A stretch of 64,000 nt of DNA from NCBI GenBank assembly GCA_963738245.1, contig CAVTWB010000012.1:295921-359920 (forward strand). Reading direction: 5' to 3'. Source of the DNA: an uncultured Verrucomicrobiae bacterium (lineage in GTDB: Bacteria; Verrucomicrobiota; Verrucomicrobiia; Limisphaerales; UBA11358). Made by a program: the position numbers and the translations under genes. Of the stretch, positions 61,910-64,000 are shown in pieces (positions within the stretch are counted from its first letter, which is position 1; each line of letters opens with the position of its first letter). The notes under the pieces are model-generated. The model searched no databases and was not told the DNA's origin. It saw only the letters and a program-made list of their open reading frames with translations.

Positions 61910-64000
61910 ATGAAGAAGCACATTCGTAAAAGAATTATCCAGAAGCCGATTTCAAAGCGTCGGCTTTGGTTGATGCGGCTGTTTTCCATGGTGTTCATCC
62001 CTCTGTTCGTGCTGGGCGGCTTGGAACTGGGGCTTCGACTGGCGGGTTGCGGTTATGACACTCATTTTTTCCGACGAATCCAAATTAATGGACAGAACTA
62101 TTACGTGCCAAACGACAAGTTTAGTCACCGTTTTTTCCCACCTGCTCTTTCCCGAACCGCACAGCCCATTCGATTTGCCGCCGAGAAGAGCACCAACTCA
62201 TATCGAATTTTTCTGTTCGGCGAATCTGCCGCCAACGGAGACCCCGACACTACTTATGGTGTTGGCCGCTATCTGGAAGTTCTGCTGCGCGAGCGTTATC
62301 CGGGAATAGAATTTGAGGTGATAAGTGTAGCGCTGACGGCCATTGATTCGAGCACCATCCTGCCGATTGCCCGCGAGTGTGCGCGGCATCAGGGTGATCT
62401 TTGGCTCGTTTACATGGGCAACAACGAAATGGTCGGCCCCTTCGGCGCCGAGACCAGTTATGGCTTTCACGCGCCCAGCCTGGCTGTCATCCGCACCATC
62501 CTCGCCATTAAAACCACACGGATTGGGCAATTGCTGGACGCGTTTGGAAGGCGATTAAGAAGCAATTCATCAACTCCCAAACAATGGGGCGGCATGGAAA
62601 TGTTCGCGAACAACCGTCTGGGTTATGATGATCCGGCCCGGCTGCGGGCTTATGCCAATTTCAAGGGAAATCTGGAAGACATGCTGCGCGCCGCACACAA
62701 AGCCGACGTGCCGGTCGTTTTGAGCACGGTGGCGGTAAATTTGAAGGATTGCGCCCCGTTTGCTTCGATTCATGCGGCTGGTCTCGACACAAACCAGGAA
62801 TCCGCATGGAAACAGATTTACCAGCAGGGCGTTGATCTGGAAACAGCGGGTTCTTATGCAGAAGCCCTCGCCCAGTATCAACAGGCCGCAAAGATTGATC
62901 CGCAATTTGCCGATTTGCAGTTTCGCATGGGAACCTGCGACCTGGCCTTGACCAATGATGCCCAGGCTCTGACCGATTTTGAACTGGCACGGGATTATGA
63001 CGCACTCGACTTCCGGTCGGACACGCGGATCAATTCGGCCATCAAGGATGCGGCATCGCGTCATGCCGGAGAGGGCGTCCACTTGTTGGATGCCGCAGAT
63101 GTTTTGGCACAAAACTCGCCGGATAAGATTCCCGGATTGGAATTGTTTTACGAGCACGTGCATTTGAATTTTGCCGGCAATTATCTGCTGGCGCTCAACT
63201 TTGCCGAACAGGCGAAAAAAATCCTGCCAGCCTCAATTACCGCCCAAGACAAGGGAAATTGGGCATCTGCTGAACTGTGTGACAGCCGCCTCGCGGTTAC
63301 CGTCTGGGATCGCCAGCGGGTCTGGCAGCCGATCATGACTCGCGTTACTTCGCCGCCGTTCACAGGGCAGTTCAATCACGATGCCATGCTCAAGGTTTAC
63401 GAGGACAAGGTAGAGGAAGCAAAATCCCAGATGAATTCCCAAACGCCAGCCCAAGCCCAACAAATATACGAGCAGGCACTGGCATCGGCTCCAGATGATT
63501 ATTTTTTGCATGGAAACTATGAAAGATTTTTGGAAAAAGGCGGCTATTTGACGCAAGCCATTGTCGAAGCCAAACGCTGCTGCGAACTGGCGCCCCAGTT
63601 GCCGGGGGGATATTATTATGCTGGCACACTGCTGGTCCGCGCCGGACAAATCTCTGAAGCCAGCAAATATTTTTCCCAGGCGCTCGCCGTTCGCAGCGAC
63701 CGGGCGGATGCGCAAAACGCCTTGGGAGTAATTTTGGCGAACCAACAAAAGCCCGCCGAGGCCATTGACTGGTTCGAACGCGCAATCCGGGCCAATCCGG
63801 ACTTCGTTGAAAGTTACATCAACCTTGGATTTCTCCAGCAGAATCAGGGGGAAAATGACGGCGCCATGGCCAGTTACCAGAAGGCCGCAAGCTTGCAACC
63901 GGGAGGCCCGGCGGATTATTTCTATCAGGCGAACTTGGCTGCCTCCCAGTTTCAATGGGATGAGGCGAGGGCCTGTCTGCACAACGCAATTAAAGCCAAG
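61910..64000 (+). CDS. SGNH/GDSL-like hydrolase domain fused to C-terminal TPR repeats; 3' end beyond the window
   Basis: Own translation from ATG 61910: MKKHIRKRIIQKP.., TM helix, RIFLFGESAANGDP, LVYMGNNE, YEHVHLNFAGNY. TPR-like region from about 63450. 697 codons with no stop, so absent from the ORF track. Confidence 0.75.
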   Translation, partial: MKKHIRKRIIQKPISKRRLWLMRLFSMVFIPLFVLGGLELGLRLAGCGYDTHFFRRIQINGQNYYVPNDKFSHRFFPPALSRTAQPIRFAAEKSTNSYRIFLFGESAANGDPDTTYGVGRYLEVLLRERYPGIEFEVISVALTAIDSSTILPIARECARHQGDLWLVYMGNNEMVGPFGAETSYGFHAPSLAVIRTILAIKTTRIGQLLDAFGRRLRSNSSTPKQWGGMEMFANNRLGYDDPARLRAYANFKGNLEDMLRAAHKADVPVVLSTVAVNLKDCAPFASIHAAGLDTNQESAWKQIYQQGVDLETAGSYAEALAQYQQAAKIDPQFADLQFRMGTCDLALTNDAQALTDFELARDYDALDFRSDTRINSAIKDAASRHAGEGVHLLDAADVLAQNSPDKIPGLELFYEHVHLNFAGNYLLALNFAEQAKKILPASITAQDKGNWASAELCDSRLAVTVWDRQRVWQPIMTRVTSPPFTGQFNHDAMLKVYEDKVEEAKSQMNSQTPAQAQQIYEQALASAPDDYFLHGNYERFLEKGGYLTQAIVEAKRCCELAPQLPGGYYYAGTLLVRAGQISEASKYFSQALAVRSDRADAQNALGVILANQQKPAEAIDWFERAIRANPDFVESYINLGFLQQNQGENDGAMASYQKAASLQPGGPADYFYQANLAASQFQWDEARACLHNAIKAK

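Overview
High-GC bacterial chromosomal window. The gene content (an H-x9-DG/DUF1559 prepilin-like protein, a GT9-rich LPS locus, many REP-like hairpin elements) suggests a PVC-group, Verrucomicrobia-like organism; this is inference only. Gene order: a sigma-54 two-component pair, an ABC ATPase, tRNA-Leu(UAG), a highly repetitive lipoprotein, korAB, NUDIX, MFS, ArsR, thrS, MarC and rnr. Next comes a low-GC decayed island at about 20.0-23.5 kb, then dnaE at 23.6-28.8 kb, then a roughly 17-kb LPS/glycan assembly cluster at 28.8-45.6 kb with a further GT11-like gene at 47.9 kb (GT9 x3, GT2 x4, GT4 x2, DegT x2, GT10 and GT11-like fucosyltransferases, MsbA-like exporter, APS kinase). After that are nadD-rsfS, PIN-PhoH, relaxase/integrase debris, and a lower-GC alpha-glucan locus (two GH13 proteins, a multi-CBM protein, a pilin-like protein). 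The most unusual observation is that dnaE carries two complete HUH (Y1, RAYT/IS200-like) transposase cassettes. Each is bracketed by long nested palindromes and inserted in frame, so the polymerase ORF reads straight through hairpins and transposase. Other points worth a second look: a low-GC in-frame insertion of about 87 codons in the thrS catalytic core; two arrays with strict 21-bp phasing (13060-13248 and 22373-22640); and 1-nt frame breaks that cluster in some genes (dnaE, the response-regulator HTH, an MFS start, the pilin-like gene, island genes) while about 30 kb of glycan genes have none. Many long ORFs in the supplied track are antisense shadows of real genes, which is typical of high-GC DNA. 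All GC statements are by-eye impressions, not computed values.
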